Notes under the pieces: model-generated
The model's database searches: none
What the model saw: only the letters and a program-made list of their open reading frames with translations
Told to the model about the DNA's origin: nothing
Position numbers and translations under genes: made by a program
DNA from: Calditrichia bacterium
GTDB taxonomy: Bacteria > Calditrichota > Calditrichia > JAJRVZ01
Assembly (NCBI GenBank): GCA_963796965.1
Contig: CAWCNS010000005.1
Coordinates: 256,001 to 320,000 of the forward strand
Direction: 5' to 3'
Length of the DNA: 64,000 bases
Shown: in pieces, positions 19,663 through 34,104 of the stretch
How positions within the stretch are numbered: position 1 is the first letter of the stretch
Layout: each line of letters starts with the position of its first letter

Positions 19663-21186
19663 ATGGGAAATGCAGTGAGACCTGATGAAGTTTCTGCAAT
19701 TCTGAAAAAGGAACTGGCCGGGTACGAGCAAAAAGCAGATATATATGATTCCGGGACAGTGGTTCAGGTTGGTGATGGTATCGCCCGTGTTTATGGACTT
19801 GAAAAAGTTATGGCAGGCGAGCTAGTCGAATTCCCAAGTAATGTCATGGGAATGGTCTTAAACCTCGAGGAAGACAACGTTGGTGTCATTCTGTTTGGTG
19901 ATGAAACATTAATAAAAGAGGGTGATCTGGTTAAAAGAACCAATACCATTGTCGAGGTCCCTACCGGAGACGAAATGCTTGGTCGGGTTGTGAGCCCGCT
20001 GGGCATACCTTTTGATGGAAAAGGGAAGATTGATTCTACAAATTTTGTTCCTGTTGAGCGTAAAGCTCTTGGGGTCATTCAAAGGCAACCGGTAAAAGAA
20101 CCTCTTGCAACTGGTATTAAAGCCATTGATTCAATGATTCCGATCGGTCGCGGGCAAAGAGAGTTGATTATTGGGGACAGGCAGACGGGAAAAACAGCTG
20201 TTGCCATTGATACGATTATCAATCAAAAAGGTAAAGATGTAATTTGCATTTATGTGGCGATCGGACAGAAAGCCTCAACAGTGCGCAAAGTGGTTCAGAC
20301 CTTAGAGGAACATGATGCACTTGAATATTCCATCATTGTAGCAGCAAATGCCAGTGAACCCGCACCACTTCAATATATTGCACCCTATTCAGGTGCTGCG
20401 ATGGGTGAGTATTTTAGGGATAATGGAAGGCATGTATTGATCATTTATGATGATCTTTCAAAACACGCCTGGGCCTATCGTCAGGTATCGTTGTTGCTTC
20501 GTCGCCCTCCTGGACGCGAGGCATATCCGGGTGATGTTTTTTACCTCCATTCCAGACTTTTGGAAAGAGCTGCAAAGTTGAGCGACGATCTCGGTGGCGG
20601 TTCTATGACGGCATTGCCTATTATTGAAACACAAGCTGGCGATGTTTCGGCTTATATTCCAACCAATGTGATTTCTATTACTGATGGTCAGATTTTTCTG
20701 GAATCCGATCTGTTCTTCTCTGGCGTCAGGCCGGCGATAAATGCTGGTATCTCTGTATCCCGGGTTGGTGGTAATGCCCAAATTAAGGCCATGAAACAGG
20801 TCGCCGGTCGTTTACGGCTTGACCTTGCCCAATATCGCGAACTTGAAGCATTTGCAAAATTTGGATCTGATTTGGATAAGACAACCCAACAACAGCTCCG
20901 ACGCGGTGAACGCCTGGTTGAAGTATTAAAGCAAGATCAATATGCGCAAATGTCTATTGAGAATCAGGTGGCAATTATCTATGCCGCTACTAATGGATAT
21001 CTTGATGAAATCGATATTGATGAGATTAAGCGGTTTGAAAAGGAATTTCTGGCATACTTAGAGGTGAAAAGCCCCAAGTTATTACCGAACCTTGCTGAGA
21101 AGAAGGAAATTGATGATGAAATTGAAAAAGAACTGAATGCAGCAATTGAATCATTTATAAAGGGATTCAAACAAGAGGTTAATTAA
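19663..21186 (+). CDS. atpA: F0F1 ATP synthase subunit alpha
   Basis: [22 protein letters not shown]. Confidence 0.98.
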   Translation: MGNAVRPDEVSAILKKELAGYEQKADIYDSGTVVQVGDGIARVYGLEKVMAGELVEFPSNVMGMVLNLEEDNVGVILFGDETLIKEGDLVKRTNTIVEVPTGDEMLGRVVSPLGIPFDGKGKIDSTNFVPVERKALGVIQRQPVKEPLATGIKAIDSMIPIGRGQRELIIGDRQTGKTAVAIDTIINQKGKDVICIYVAIGQKASTVRKVVQTLEEHDALEYSIIVAANASEPAPLQYIAPYSGAAMGEYFRDNGRHVLIIYDDLSKHAWAYRQVSLLLRRPPGREAYPGDVFYLHSRLLERAAKLSDDLGGGSMTALPIIETQAGDVSAYIPTNVISITDGQIFLESDLFFSGVRPAINAGISVSRVGGNAQIKAMKQVAGRLRLDLAQYRELEAFAKFGSDLDKTTQQQLRRGERLVEVLKQDQYAQMSIENQVAIIYAATNGYLDEIDIDEIKRFEKEFLAYLEVKSPKLLPNLAEKKEIDDEIEKELNAAIESFIKGFKQEVN

Positions 21187-22049
21187 TGGCAACCCTGAGA
21201 GAAATTCGGAACAGAATCGCGAGCGTTAAAAGTACCCAGAAGATTACCAAAGCAATGAAAATGGTGGCAGCTGCCAGGTTGAGAAAGGCCCAGGAAAAGA
21301 TTACATCCACCCGGCCATATGCCTCAAAACTTCAGGAAGTTGTAACCCATTTAATATCAAAATCTGAAAATGGTGAACATGCCTTCATGATGGAGCGGCC
21401 TGTCTCAAAAGTGTTGTTGGTCATGGTGACAGCCGATCGGGGATTATGCGGCGGTTTTAATGCCAATATTATTCGCGAAGCGAGTAGAATAGTGGATACA
21501 TCCAAAGATGTCAATATTTCCATTTTTATTGTGGGGAAAAAGGGCTATGAACATTTTTCTCGCCGGGATTATACTATCTTTGATCATAAGATAAATTTTT
21601 TCAACCATCTCAATTTTCAGAATGCGGTTGAAATCGTTTCCGATCTGGTCTCGGTTTACAATGAAGGCCAATTTGATAAGATTGAGATTCTTTATAATGA
21701 ATTCAAGTCGGCTGTAAGGCAGGACATTACAAGAGAGCAAATCTTACCACTTGTAAGAAATGAAGAGAACGACTCATCTTCAAAGATGGATTATTTATAT
21801 GAACCTGGTCGGGAAGAAATATTAAGTTCTATAATACCTAAACAATTGAACATGCAGATGTGGAAAGTGTTATTGGATAGCAATGCTTCTGAGCAAGGCG
21901 CCAGAATGACGGCGATGGAAAGTGCTACAGATAATGCAGAAGATATGATCGCTGCGTTAACACTTCATTATAACCGTGCCCGTCAGGCGGCAATTACCAA
22001 AGAGATTTCTGAAATTGTTGGTGGGGCAGAAGCGTTGAAGGAACAATAA
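21186..22049 (+). CDS. atpG: F0F1 ATP synthase subunit gamma
   Basis: KITKAMKMVAAA, DRGLCG, RQAAITKEISEIVGGA. Confidence 0.98.
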   Translation: MATLREIRNRIASVKSTQKITKAMKMVAAARLRKAQEKITSTRPYASKLQEVVTHLISKSENGEHAFMMERPVSKVLLVMVTADRGLCGGFNANIIREASRIVDTSKDVNISIFIVGKKGYEHFSRRDYTIFDHKINFFNHLNFQNAVEIVSDLVSVYNEGQFDKIEILYNEFKSAVRQDITREQILPLVRNEENDSSSKMDYLYEPGREEILSSIIPKQLNMQMWKVLLDSNASEQGARMTAMESATDNAEDMIAALTLHYNRARQAAITKEISEIVGGAEALKEQ

Positions 22050-22071
22050 AATTTAAGGATAGGATATTTAA

Positions 22072-23469
<1,398 letters not shown>

Positions 23470-23525
23470 AGTCAGGTTGAATATAAATTTGAATTAACGG
23501 CGTTTGACGATTTTAGGGGTAGTAG

Positions 23526-23924
23526 ATGTCAGACTTAAATGTTGAAATTGTAACACCGGATGGTATCGTGTTTTCAGATACGGTCCATTCTTGCACGGCA
23601 CCGGGGGTGGAAGGACAATTCCAGGTACTTAAGAACCATGCAGATCTTCTTGCTGTTCTGGAGGTCGGAGAAATAAAGTTAATCAAATCTGATGGTGAAA
23701 AATCTCTCGCAACCGGTGGTGGCTATTTAGAAGTGAAAAATGATTCTATAAGCATTGTCGTTGAAAGTGCCGAGCTTTCTGAGCTGATTGATGTGGAGCG
23801 CGCACGGTTAGCAGAAAGCAGGGCGAAAGAACGTTTAGTGAAAAAAGGGGAAATAAATGTTCAAAGGGCTGAGTTCGCTTTAGCCAGGGCATTGAACCGC
23901 ATTAAGATATCTTCCCAAATTTAA
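23526..23924 (+). CDS. atpC: F0F1 ATP synthase subunit epsilon
   Basis: IVTPD, APGVEG.F.VL..H, last atp gene. Confidence 0.95.
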   Translation: MSDLNVEIVTPDGIVFSDTVHSCTAPGVEGQFQVLKNHADLLAVLEVGEIKLIKSDGEKSLATGGGYLEVKNDSISIVVESAELSELIDVERARLAESRAKERLVKKGEINVQRAEFALARALNRIKISSQI

Positions 23925-24078
23925 TTTTTATTTTTAGTTATTTTCGCTAACTTTAATTCTTTTTATGTCGAGTACTCATATATAATTTTTGCTATTTTTC
24001 CTTGATTGTTTTCTTGAAAAGTTTAAATTAACATAAATCAGTTAAATTATAGGGTTAACTAACTTTCTGAATGGGAGT

Positions 24079-26695
24079 ATGAGGGTGAAAAAGCGGATCA
24101 TATTCCTCACATTATTTCTTTCAATTATCTTTTCATTTCAGATTTTATTGCACGCCCAATCAGCAGAAGACTTAAAGTTTGAAGAGGCGCTTCAACAATA
24201 CATCAATAAAAATCTGTTAAGATTTGGTAAGAATGAAATTGCACGTGAGAGGTTCTTAATCCAGCAGATGAGGGATATTAATGAAGAAATCAAGTCCCGT
24301 ATAAAAAATGTTGGTGCGAAACGTGACCAATATTTTGTGGGGCTCCTCAACAGACTGGAGGAACTCGAGGCATTACGCCAGCGCTTAAGTGATTATAATT
24401 CAGCCACTCTGAATGCTTTCATCGATCAGTTAGATAACCGTATCAGGGAAACTATCGATGAGGGTGAAATAAACTATCGTCGTCAGAAAATATTTGAGGA
24501 CGGTATTCAGGTGTTATATATAGCAGAAGAAATGCTGAAACTTGATCCCGGAGCCAGTACACAGTTAAATCAACAATTGCAGGCATCTAATCAAAAACTC
24601 TTAAATTCTTTTGGTGATGCAGGTAAATCCCCAAGCGGGGCCCCTCAATTTTCATCGCAGGGAAGCGCAACAATATGGGATTTATTTGTTGAATGGCAAC
24701 GGACCAATCGCTTGCAGTATGAGGCGCGATGGACGGATATTGAAATTATTAAGACCAGATTGTTGAAAAATGGAACAGGGATGGAGAAAGATCGCATGTT
24801 TAAACGGGAATTGCGATCAGCCGTATTGGCCTACAATTACCGTAATTTTGATCTGGCGGATCGTCTTTTTGAAGAGATTCTCAATAAATATAGTTTTTTA
24901 AACACGCTTGATGATGTGTATTTTTATAAAGGGGAAGCAAATTATCAGCTGGACCGTTATTCTGCAGCCACCTCTTCCTATCTGGATCTAACAAAAAAAT
25001 ATCCTACTTCATCTCTTAGCGTATAAGGCTTATGCCCGTCTTATAGCAATCTCTCATCATTTTGGAGATGCAGTTAAAGTAGATGGATACTATGAGGAAT
25101 TTGAAAAAATTGCGGTTGGAAGCGATCCACTGGTTGATGAAATCCGATTCACTGCTGGCTTGTCCGCTGTTTCGGCAGGCTCTTACGAACGAGCCGTTAA
25201 TATTTTGAATAATATTCTTCCCAATTCTGAGTATTATATAGATGGAAGATATGTTTTAGCGCAGGCATACGCCGGTTCCCGCAATTTTACCGAAGCTGAA
25301 AATGTTTTAAGAGGCATCGTCAATAATTATAACACGTCATCAAACTATCATTATAACGTATATTTAAAGATCGCTTATCTTAAATATGAGATGGGTGAAT
25401 ATAGTCAATCTAATCTGGCTCTTGATGAAATCGGCGGTGAATTTGGACTATATGATCGGGTGTTAATGGCCTATGCCTGGAATAATTATAAAGCCGAGTT
25501 GTTAAAAGAGCAAGACGAAAGAAGCTTCGAGATTGCTAAAAAATACATCTCTATCCTTACCCAGGAATTTTCTACTTCTGATTATTATCTGGAGGCTAAA
25601 ACTCTATTAGCCTATATCTATCAATTAGAAAAGAATTCTCAGGGGGCTATTGCTCAATACGAATATGTTTATCAATCAGGTCACACAAAGAATGTTTCAG
25701 ATCAAAATCTGCGTGCAAGTGAACGTATCCGTCAGGATTTATATCAATTGGAATCTGAAAAAGCTACTGCCTTACAGAAAAATGAGGAGGGTACCTATCT
25801 GGCTTCACGCTCTCGCTTTCTTGTCCTGCAAGATAGTTTATTGTCGATGAAATACGCAGATCTGAGTCCCAACAGCATGGCGCTTCAAAAAGAAACTGAA
25901 AGACTGGAAGCCCAGATCCAGCAACTGGATCGTTTGCGTGCCCTGGCTATTGAACGCAATAGTCCGGATATGATTGACCGAATTGATGATCTCCGGGAGC
26001 GACTTACGGATCAACTCGAAGATGCACGTGAAATGAGTACTTACTCATTTCTTGGGAAAAATTATTATGATGAACATCCGTTGGCACGTAAAGAAAGTCT
26101 TAGTGAAGACCAATCCAGGAAACTAAATGCCATGCGTGCTGAGGCATTATCTGAATCTCAAAACCTCAAGAAGAAATTATCAGATATTGATACCCGGACT
26201 AATCGGGCCAGAGGGGCAAAAAACTATAAACAAATGGTATTTCTTGATATCCAGCGTGATCGATATAAGGATCTTCTCCGAAAATACGATCTTCTCCATA
26301 CTGTAACTTATGATGTTGATCCTATGGCATCTGACATTCAGTTGGATAAGTGGAGCAACTACGGCGCCTTTGGGATTGCCAACGTCAATTTTGCAGTTCG
26401 CCAGGATGAGAAAAACGAGGTGGCCTACTACAGCAGACAGATCGATACGATTAACCAGATCCTAAATAATCGAAAAACTTTACTTGATTATAAAGTGAAA
26501 CTCATTGACGGTGAAATCAATTTTATGACACGAAAAGTACGGCAACAGGAACGATTGCGTGAAAGAGCGGAACTGGATAGAAAATTTGAAGAATCTTACT
26601 TTGACACCCATACCAGTGAGTTTCAGAGTACCGAAACACAACCTCCTGATTTTAATACTGAGGAAGAAGAAACACTTCCTGATAATGAAAATTAA
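24079..26695 (+). CDS. Secreted TPR/coiled-coil protein (~870 aa), frameshift near 25020; Glt-like
   Basis: Signal peptide; TPR motifs continue across the break (..KYPTSS / KAYARLI..). Confidence 0.7.
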
Positions 26696-26737
26696 TCTGT
26701 GCGCCCTATAAATTTTGCTTGTATCAAGTAAAATTGG

Positions 26738-29700
26738 ATGAATATGATGACAAAAATGAATATTAAAGCATATAAAACTATTTTAAGAAGTATTTTAATT
26801 TTCTCATTTACCTTTCTTCTTTTACCTGGATTAACTAATGCACAAGAAAAAGCAGAACGTGATCTTAAGGTATTAGGAGATAGTTTGTTCAGATCGATGA
26901 ATATTGAGGAATTGAAACAGATCCAGACTGAGTATCAGATCCGGATTGATAATCTTTCCGAAGGACAAGAAAAAACCCGTGACCGAGGACTTGAGGTTAC
27001 GGAAGAATTTCTTAAACGCGAAGGTGGAAATATAAAAGATCAGGATAAAATTCTAATTCGACTCGCAGAATATTATTTTGATCAGGCTGAAGAAGAATAT
27101 TTTGCTCAGAATGAAGATTATGACCTTCAATATGAGGAATATCTCCAGCGTCTGGACCAATATTATGATGGAAATCTGGCTCAGGAGCCGGTAGCTCCGC
27201 CACAGCCAAAATATGATTATACACGTGTAATTGAAATATATAATAAGATATTAACTGAATTTCCAAATAGCGATTTTGCTGATGATGCACTTTATACCAA
27301 AGCTTATCTCATGCAACAAATGAATCAAGGTGTTGAATCCCGCAAAATCTATCAGGAAGTGATAGATCGATATCCAGATAGTCATTTTGCCGCTGACTCC
27401 TATATGCGCCTGGCTGAATATTATTTTGATCCCCGTGAAGATAAGGTAGATGAGCAAAATGTCGTGGAACTGCACAGAGCGATAAGATTGTATAAAAAAG
27501 TACTGCTTTATCGTGATTCGAAGAGATATGATGAGGCATTGTATAAACTTGGGTGGAGTTATTATCGTCTCTCAGCAGAAGATCCCGCCTATTATTCGGA
27601 TGCTATCATATATTTTCTCGCTGTGATAGATGATATTACCCGAGCGGAGGAGCTCGATCCCCGAAATCTGGTAAGTAATCCAAATGTGAAAGATGAAGCG
27701 ATAGAATATATAGGTATCAGTTTTTCCGATGATGAATCCTATGCCCACGCAGGTGTGGATAATGCCCGTCGTTTTATAGAAAGCATTGGCGGTCGAAAAT
27801 TCGGCGTAGAAATTATGCGTTCACTCGGTCAAACATATCAATCTACCGAGCGTAATAATGAAGCAATTCATGCTTATTCAGCGCTTCTGGATATGTATCC
27901 TTATTATAAAGATGCACCACTTATTAAACAAAATATTACCGAAACATATTTTAGTTTGGGTGATGATACGGCAGCGTATAGAACCCGAGATGAGTTATTC
28001 AGGGATTATAATCCCAAGTCAGATTGGTATGCACAAATTGACAATTCTGATATTACTGATAAAGTGGAAGTGTTAAAGTCGGGGCATAAACTTTCTGAGA
28101 AGGCTCTTCAAATGAATATTACCCTGGATTTCCTCAAGGCACAGGAAATGGAAAGCGGGGGGATTTCAACGACAGCAATGTACAGTCGTGTTGCAAAGGA
28201 ATGTGAAGACTATCTGGAAGTATTCCCAACGGATAGTAATGCTTATGGTGTCAACTGGAATTATGCTCAAATCCTTGATCTTAAGATGAATCGTTTTGAG
28301 GAAGCCTATGAACAATATATTCATGTCAGTAACGATTATTTAGAAACTGATTTCCAGAAGATGTCTGCAAATAATGCGATTTTTGTGGCTGATACGCTGG
28401 TGAAAATTGCATTTTCAGGCATCACAGATACATCTTCAATGGCTGATGCGGGTATTGAAATTGCTTCTGTAAATGATGAAGAGGCCTTAAGGCCAGAAAT
28501 ATTAACTGATCAAGAAAAACGACTCATTGAAGCATATGATAATTATATCCGGTTATTTCCAGATGATGAAAATACGCCAAAATATCTGGCCAATGCAGGG
28601 GCTATTTACTTTAATCATAAACAATTCGCTGAAGCAAGAGTTTATTTTAAAACATTGGTTAATAGATTCCCCGGCGCAAGAGAAAAAACGCTGGCCTATC
28701 GCTCTATCATGGATTCATACTTCTACCTTGGTCAATTTGAAGATAGTGAGTTTATAGCGAAAAGAATCCTTCAATCCGAAAATATTCCAGATGAAGAACG
28801 AATTTTCGCACAGAAAAGGCTTGCAGCCTCTATTTTTAACCATGCTAAATTATATGAAGATCAGGGACAGTTTATGGATGCTGCCAATGAGTTTCGACGG
28901 GTCCATACAGAAGCGCCAGAAGATACAGTTTATGCTGAAGCCGGTTTGTTTAATAGTGGTAGAAACTATGATAAGATAAAAGAGTGGGAGAAGGCACTTG
29001 ATACCTATATCCTTCTTGCCGATAGTTATCCTGCTTCAAAATACATGATCTCTTCATTAAAAAATGCTGCTGAGGATAACAAAGAGTTAAAACATTTCTC
29101 GGATGCTGCCCAGATATATGAGAGAATTTATAGTCGTCAGATTAGCGTTCCGGAAGAGGCTGAAGTAGCTCTTTATAATGCCGCTTATTATTATAAGGAA
29201 GGTGAGGATTGGAATAATGCGATTCGTTTGAATAACCAATATATTGAAACTTATCCGGATAATCCTCTCTCAACCGATTTCTATTTCGCAACCGCTGGTT
29301 TTTATTTAAAGTTAGATAATCTTACTGAAGCGAACAGGATTTATGCTGAATTTGCCACAAAATATCCCGATGATCCACGTGGTGTACAGGCATTTTATGA
29401 ACGCGGTTCTTATTATCAGGATAATGGACAACTTGGCCTGGCAAAAGCCGAGTACCAAAAGGCAATCACTAAAAGTGAGACCTTGAACCAGAGGGGAATG
29501 GATCCTAATCGGTATTATGTCGGGGAAGCACTCAATAAAATGGTTGATATGCTGTATGATGAATATATGGCAATTGAATTACGGCAACCAGCCAGTAATA
29601 TAGAAGGACAACAAGCCAGGATGAGAGGGCTGATTAAAGACATTGCCTCAAATGATCTGAAAATTATCGCCAATGGTTCCATAAGAAGTTTTGAAGCTGC

Positions 29701-31616
29701 TTATAGAAATGCTGAAGTTTATGAATTATTTGCCGATAAGTATTTAAATCAGGAAAGAAATCTTAACCTTTCGGCTGATCAAAAATTCGTTGAAGATAAA
29801 AAAATTAGTGATGCTTCCGCAGGATTATACGATAAAGCAGTGGATGAATATATAAAAGCAATGGAAAATATACCGATAATTGCCGAAAAACTTGAAGTGG
29901 ATTTGTTTTCTGTCGATACAACGGAAACAGAAGTTGCTGTTGATACCTCCTATTCAGACACCTTAGGAACCGTTGCACGTGCTACGGAGGTTGATTCAAC
30001 AAAAGAAATTGGCCTAAAGTGGTACAATCTTGCTTCCGGGAAAATTTCCTTTCTATACTATAAAGAAGCAGAAATTACTAAAATGAGCATCAACCAGGCA
30101 TTTGCAACAACCAATCCCTATACTGATGCTTATCCGGCAATATTATTTCAGGCACAGCTAATCACAAAGTTAATTAATCCTGCTGTGGAAAGTACAATTG
30201 TAGCACATCTTAAAAATATTGATGAAGCCAAAACATTGAATCTCAGTAATAAATATGTCGAAGAATCAAAGCGTCAGATTCTGCTGACTTCGAATATTCC
30301 TGCAGAGGAAGTCGAAAAACTTGCCTATTTATCTCTCCGAGATTATTCGTCTCAAATGAAAGAATTCCGTCGGTTGATTGAGGAAGAATATGGCACCCTT
30401 AATGCAAAAGGCAGAGATTATCCTGTGATAAAAGACGAGGTTCAACAACTCATTGATGTATCTAAAACGCTCTCTATTTCAGCTATGAATAGTTATGCTC
30501 AAACATTACAACGCGCTGAAGATCAGGGAATCAAAAATGATTTTGTGAGAACCACACAAGATCGGATGATGAGAATTGCTGTTGAACTTACAGATAGGTA
30601 TGAAGCCTATCATGATAGCGCCGAATACTGGCAGGGTTATTATCAAACACGTTTTGATTCTACAGAAAACTATAATTATGATGATGCCTTCCTTTTTTAC
30701 CAGGAACAGACATTTGGTTTTACAGATTATGAACAGGAAATACTTGATCACGCTTTTCAGTTAAAAGAGCAATATGATATCAATAATTTGTGGTCTAATA
30801 AAGTATTGGCCAAACTAATCGCAGTAGATCCTGCAACGTATGCCGGGGCAGTTGAACGAGAGAAATATATCATCGAAAGCGACGATACCTGGCTGGTGTC
30901 AAGAACCTATGAAGCCGGATATAATAGAGAGGATTTTGACGATTCTGGCTGGAAAAATGCTGGCATTGTAACATCAGTCTTATAATCAATTTGTAGAATT
31001 AGATGTCAATCCAAAAGCCATGTGGCTGCCAAGTAAAAAAGTTGTCATTGATACATCTCAGGTATCTCCTTTTGATACAACATTTGGAATGTCTGATTCA
31101 ATGGGACTGATGGATTCAACTGGCCTGGTCTCATCTGACACTACCGCCGCTCCAGATTTTGGCGGTGTCGAGGATCCATCTCTATCATTCGCAGATGATG
31201 TGATGGCTGATTCTTCTGATAGTGATACTGTTCAGGTATATTTTAGAAAGAAAATTGATCTGAAGGGTACGCCGGTTGAGGGGACGATTTATATCACAGC
31301 CGATAACGATTTTAATCTCTTCTTAAACGAAGAGTATATTACTGACGATGAGATGGATAATTTTGCTATCATTGATACAGTTGATTATGGATATCTTTCT
31401 TATTCCATAAAACCAGGTCTAAATACATTGGCCCTTCGGGTGACAGACACGGATAAAACCAGGAATGGTGTAAAAATTTATGGTTATCTTGAGTTGATTC
31501 CTCTTGATATCCTCGCTGCGATGGAAGAAAGAAGCAAGATCGCAGGGCTGGATATTGACCCTGCAATTTTAAAACGGATCAATAGGCTAAATAAAAACCG
31601 TATAACGGTAAGGTAG
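26738..31616 (+). CDS. Very large secreted TPR protein (~1620 aa) with C-terminal beta-sandwich; frameshift near 30980
   Basis: Signal peptide, many TPRs (FPNSDFADDALY, YDEALYKLGWSYY); SDDTWLVS...WKNA joins MWL...YFRKKI...ITADN. Confidence 0.75.
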
Positions 31617-31620
31617 CGAA

Positions 31621-32270
31621 ATGGTGAATTTAACAATTAAAATATTTATCATTTTTCTCATGGTTGTGCCAGGTGCCCTTGTGTTTGCACAGCCAGCAGA
31701 AACCGATGACCAAATATATGAATTTATTGCAGTTGAGGTTAAACCGGTTATCACGCGTGATTCACAACCAATATATCCTCAAAGTGCAATAGATGCCGGT
31801 ATTGAAGGTACCGTTGGTGTCACCGATAGTAGTAGATAAAAATGGTAATGTTGCCAGTGCTGTGATTTATAATTCTATCCAGCAATTGGATAATGCGGCC
31901 TTACGGGCAGCCAGGGCAAAAGTATATTCACCCGGACAAATTGGTGGAGCACCCGTAAGCACGAAAATGAATATACCGATAGAATTTTTTCTCCCGGATT
32001 TAGCACCTGATGCCCGATGTCGCCGGTACTGATCAGGGTGATTTTGTGGATTTAACCGGGGATGCAATCAGAATTCAGATAGAGCCCGATCGACCCCGGG
32101 TTAATATTATTGCAGATAGAATTAAACCTGAATTTGATATGATGGATTTGCAAAGATCGTTTATGGAAGAATTGACTGGTGGGGGCGAAAGAGTTCTCAT
32201 TGTTGATCCAAAGGCACAGTTTAAAGATGAAAAAATAGATGTTGACAAAGTTGTAAACAAAGGTAGATGA
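31621..32270 (+). CDS. Signal peptide + TonB C-terminal domain + GltF-like tail; two frameshifts
   Basis: YPQSAIDAGIEGTV / IVVDKNGNV...LDNAALRAA...PG...IPIEF, then IQIEPDRPRVNII...RSF. Confidence 0.6.
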
Positions 32271-32293
32271 AAATCATTAATTAGGAGGATATT

Positions 32294-32956
32294 ATGGATG
32301 CCTTTTTGGCTGGTTTTGGTAGGTCATTTTCACCTGGTGATCCCGCGTTTTTATTCATGTATGTTATTGCATTGTTTGCAGCGGCAGCACTGGCAATAGG
32401 AATTGAAAGATTCTATTATATAATGATTCGATCCAATATTAATGCGGATAAATTTATGGCCGAGATTCGCAAACTCGTTGCCGGTGGCAATATGGACCGG
32501 GCTATTGCTCTCTGCGACAAAGGCAAGCAAAAAGCCTTACCATTTGTTGTACTGCGAGGATTAAAACGCGCTATTGAGAGTGAAGCATTGGATTTTCGTG
32601 CTATTCAGAATGCTGTAGATGAGGGAACACTTGAAGTTATTCCCAAACTGCAGGAAAGAACGAATTATCTGTCTATGTTTGCAAATGTCGCAACACTAAC
32701 CGGTCTAATGGGAACGATTTTTGGTCTGATTATCGCCTTTGATGCTGTTGGTGGCGAGGGTGTACCTGAGGCCGATAAAACCAGGTTTCTTGCCGCTGGT
32801 ATTTCTGCGGCCATGAATACAACAATCTTTGGTCTTATGGTGGCTATACCCTGTTTGATTAGTTACACCTTTCTTACTAATAAAACCACAAAGATAATTG
32901 ACGAGATGGATGAACATTTGGTTAAATTAATTAACTTAATAACCGGCAATCGCTAA
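32294..32956 (+). CDS. MotA/TolQ/ExbB proton channel (AglR-like)
   Basis: IER, NVATLTGLMGTIFGLI.AF, GISAAMNTT.FGL.VAIP. Confidence 0.9.
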   Translation: MDAFLAGFGRSFSPGDPAFLFMYVIALFAAAALAIGIERFYYIMIRSNINADKFMAEIRKLVAGGNMDRAIALCDKGKQKALPFVVLRGLKRAIESEALDFRAIQNAVDEGTLEVIPKLQERTNYLSMFANVATLTGLMGTIFGLIIAFDAVGGEGVPEADKTRFLAAGISAAMNTTIFGLMVAIPCLISYTFLTNKTTKIIDEMDEHLVKLINLITGNR

Positions 32957-32975
32957 TTTAAACTGAGGATCCATC

Positions 32976-33529
32976 ATGGCATATAAACCCTCAATGAGAC
33001 GCAGTGGTGTCACTGCTGATATTGAATTAGATATAAAGCCAGTCATGAATCTGATGGTTGTTCTGATTCCGCTTCTGCTTGCCGGAGTTGAAATGGTTAA
33101 ACTTTCTATTATTGAAATTGACCTTCCTCCAGCATCAGCAGGTGGTGGAAAAGGTGCGGACGATAAAAATCCTGAAAAAGAAAAAGAGAAGAAACTCAGT
33201 CTAAAGATTGCACTATCACGGCCGAAGGTATTAGTCTTGCCACAGCCTCCGCTGTTATGTCGGGAGAAGAGGGTGAGGGACCTACGGTACCTGTATCATC
33301 AAATGGTGATCAGAATTTAGATCTACTTAAAGAGAAATTAGTAGAAGTGAAAAAAGCAATCAAAGACAAGGGATTTAAGGACGATAATGTTGCAATTATA
33401 ACTGCCGCGAAGGAAATTGAGTATCAAATAATTATTAGTGTACTTGATGCAATTCAAAAATACGAAGATGATGAAGGTAACATTCAACCCTTGTTCCCGC
33501 AAGTTAATTTCGGGCAGGTCGTGATTTGA
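32976..33529 (+). CDS. ExbD/TolR family (AglQ-like); frameshift near 33220
   Basis: ELDIKPVMNLMVVLIPLLL; AIITA..EIEYQIIISVLDA; LFPQV. Confidence 0.8.
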
Positions 33530-33546
33530 AAGATGAGGTAACACCC

Positions 33547-34041
33547 ATGGCTTTTATACCATCGAAGTCGAAGAAACATAATACAAAACAAGAGGGCACA
33601 TTGAATATGAACTCGATGATGGATATGATGACCATCATCCTACTTTTCCTTTTAAAGTCATATTCAACAACCGGTGCCCTGGCAGCCCAAAGTGAGAGCT
33701 TGAAACTGCCTGTTTCTATACGCGAAACAAAACCAAAAAAGGAATTAAATGTCGCGGTTGCGAAAGATGTTATCATGATTAATGAGCAGCCAGTAATGGC
33801 AATGGCCGATGTTCCTCCGAATGAAATCCTCATTCCTCAATTGGCGCAAAAGTTAATTGAATATGCCAATAAAGAAAAACAGCTGGAGATAGAGGTAGGT
33901 AAAGAATTTACCCATGAGGTCATTATTCAAGGCGACAAATCAATCAATTATGAATTATTGTTTCGTGTCATGTATACATGTGGTCAGTCGGAGTTTAATA
34001 AGATGCGTCTCTTAACCGTTCAGGGTATACCGGCTGAATAA
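33547..34041 (+). CDS. ExbD/TolR family (AglS-like)
   Basis: LNMNSMMDMMTIILLFLLKSYS; IQGDKSINY.LL.RVMYTCGQ. Confidence 0.85.
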   Translation: MAFIPSKSKKHNTKQEGTLNMNSMMDMMTIILLFLLKSYSTTGALAAQSESLKLPVSIRETKPKKELNVAVAKDVIMINEQPVMAMADVPPNEILIPQLAQKLIEYANKEKQLEIEVGKEFTHEVIIQGDKSINYELLFRVMYTCGQSEFNKMRLLTVQGIPAE

Positions 34042-34104
34042 CCGAAATATTGAGTCCAAGTATGGTACTCAACAATATTAATCGAAATTTAATGAAGGAT
34101 TAAT

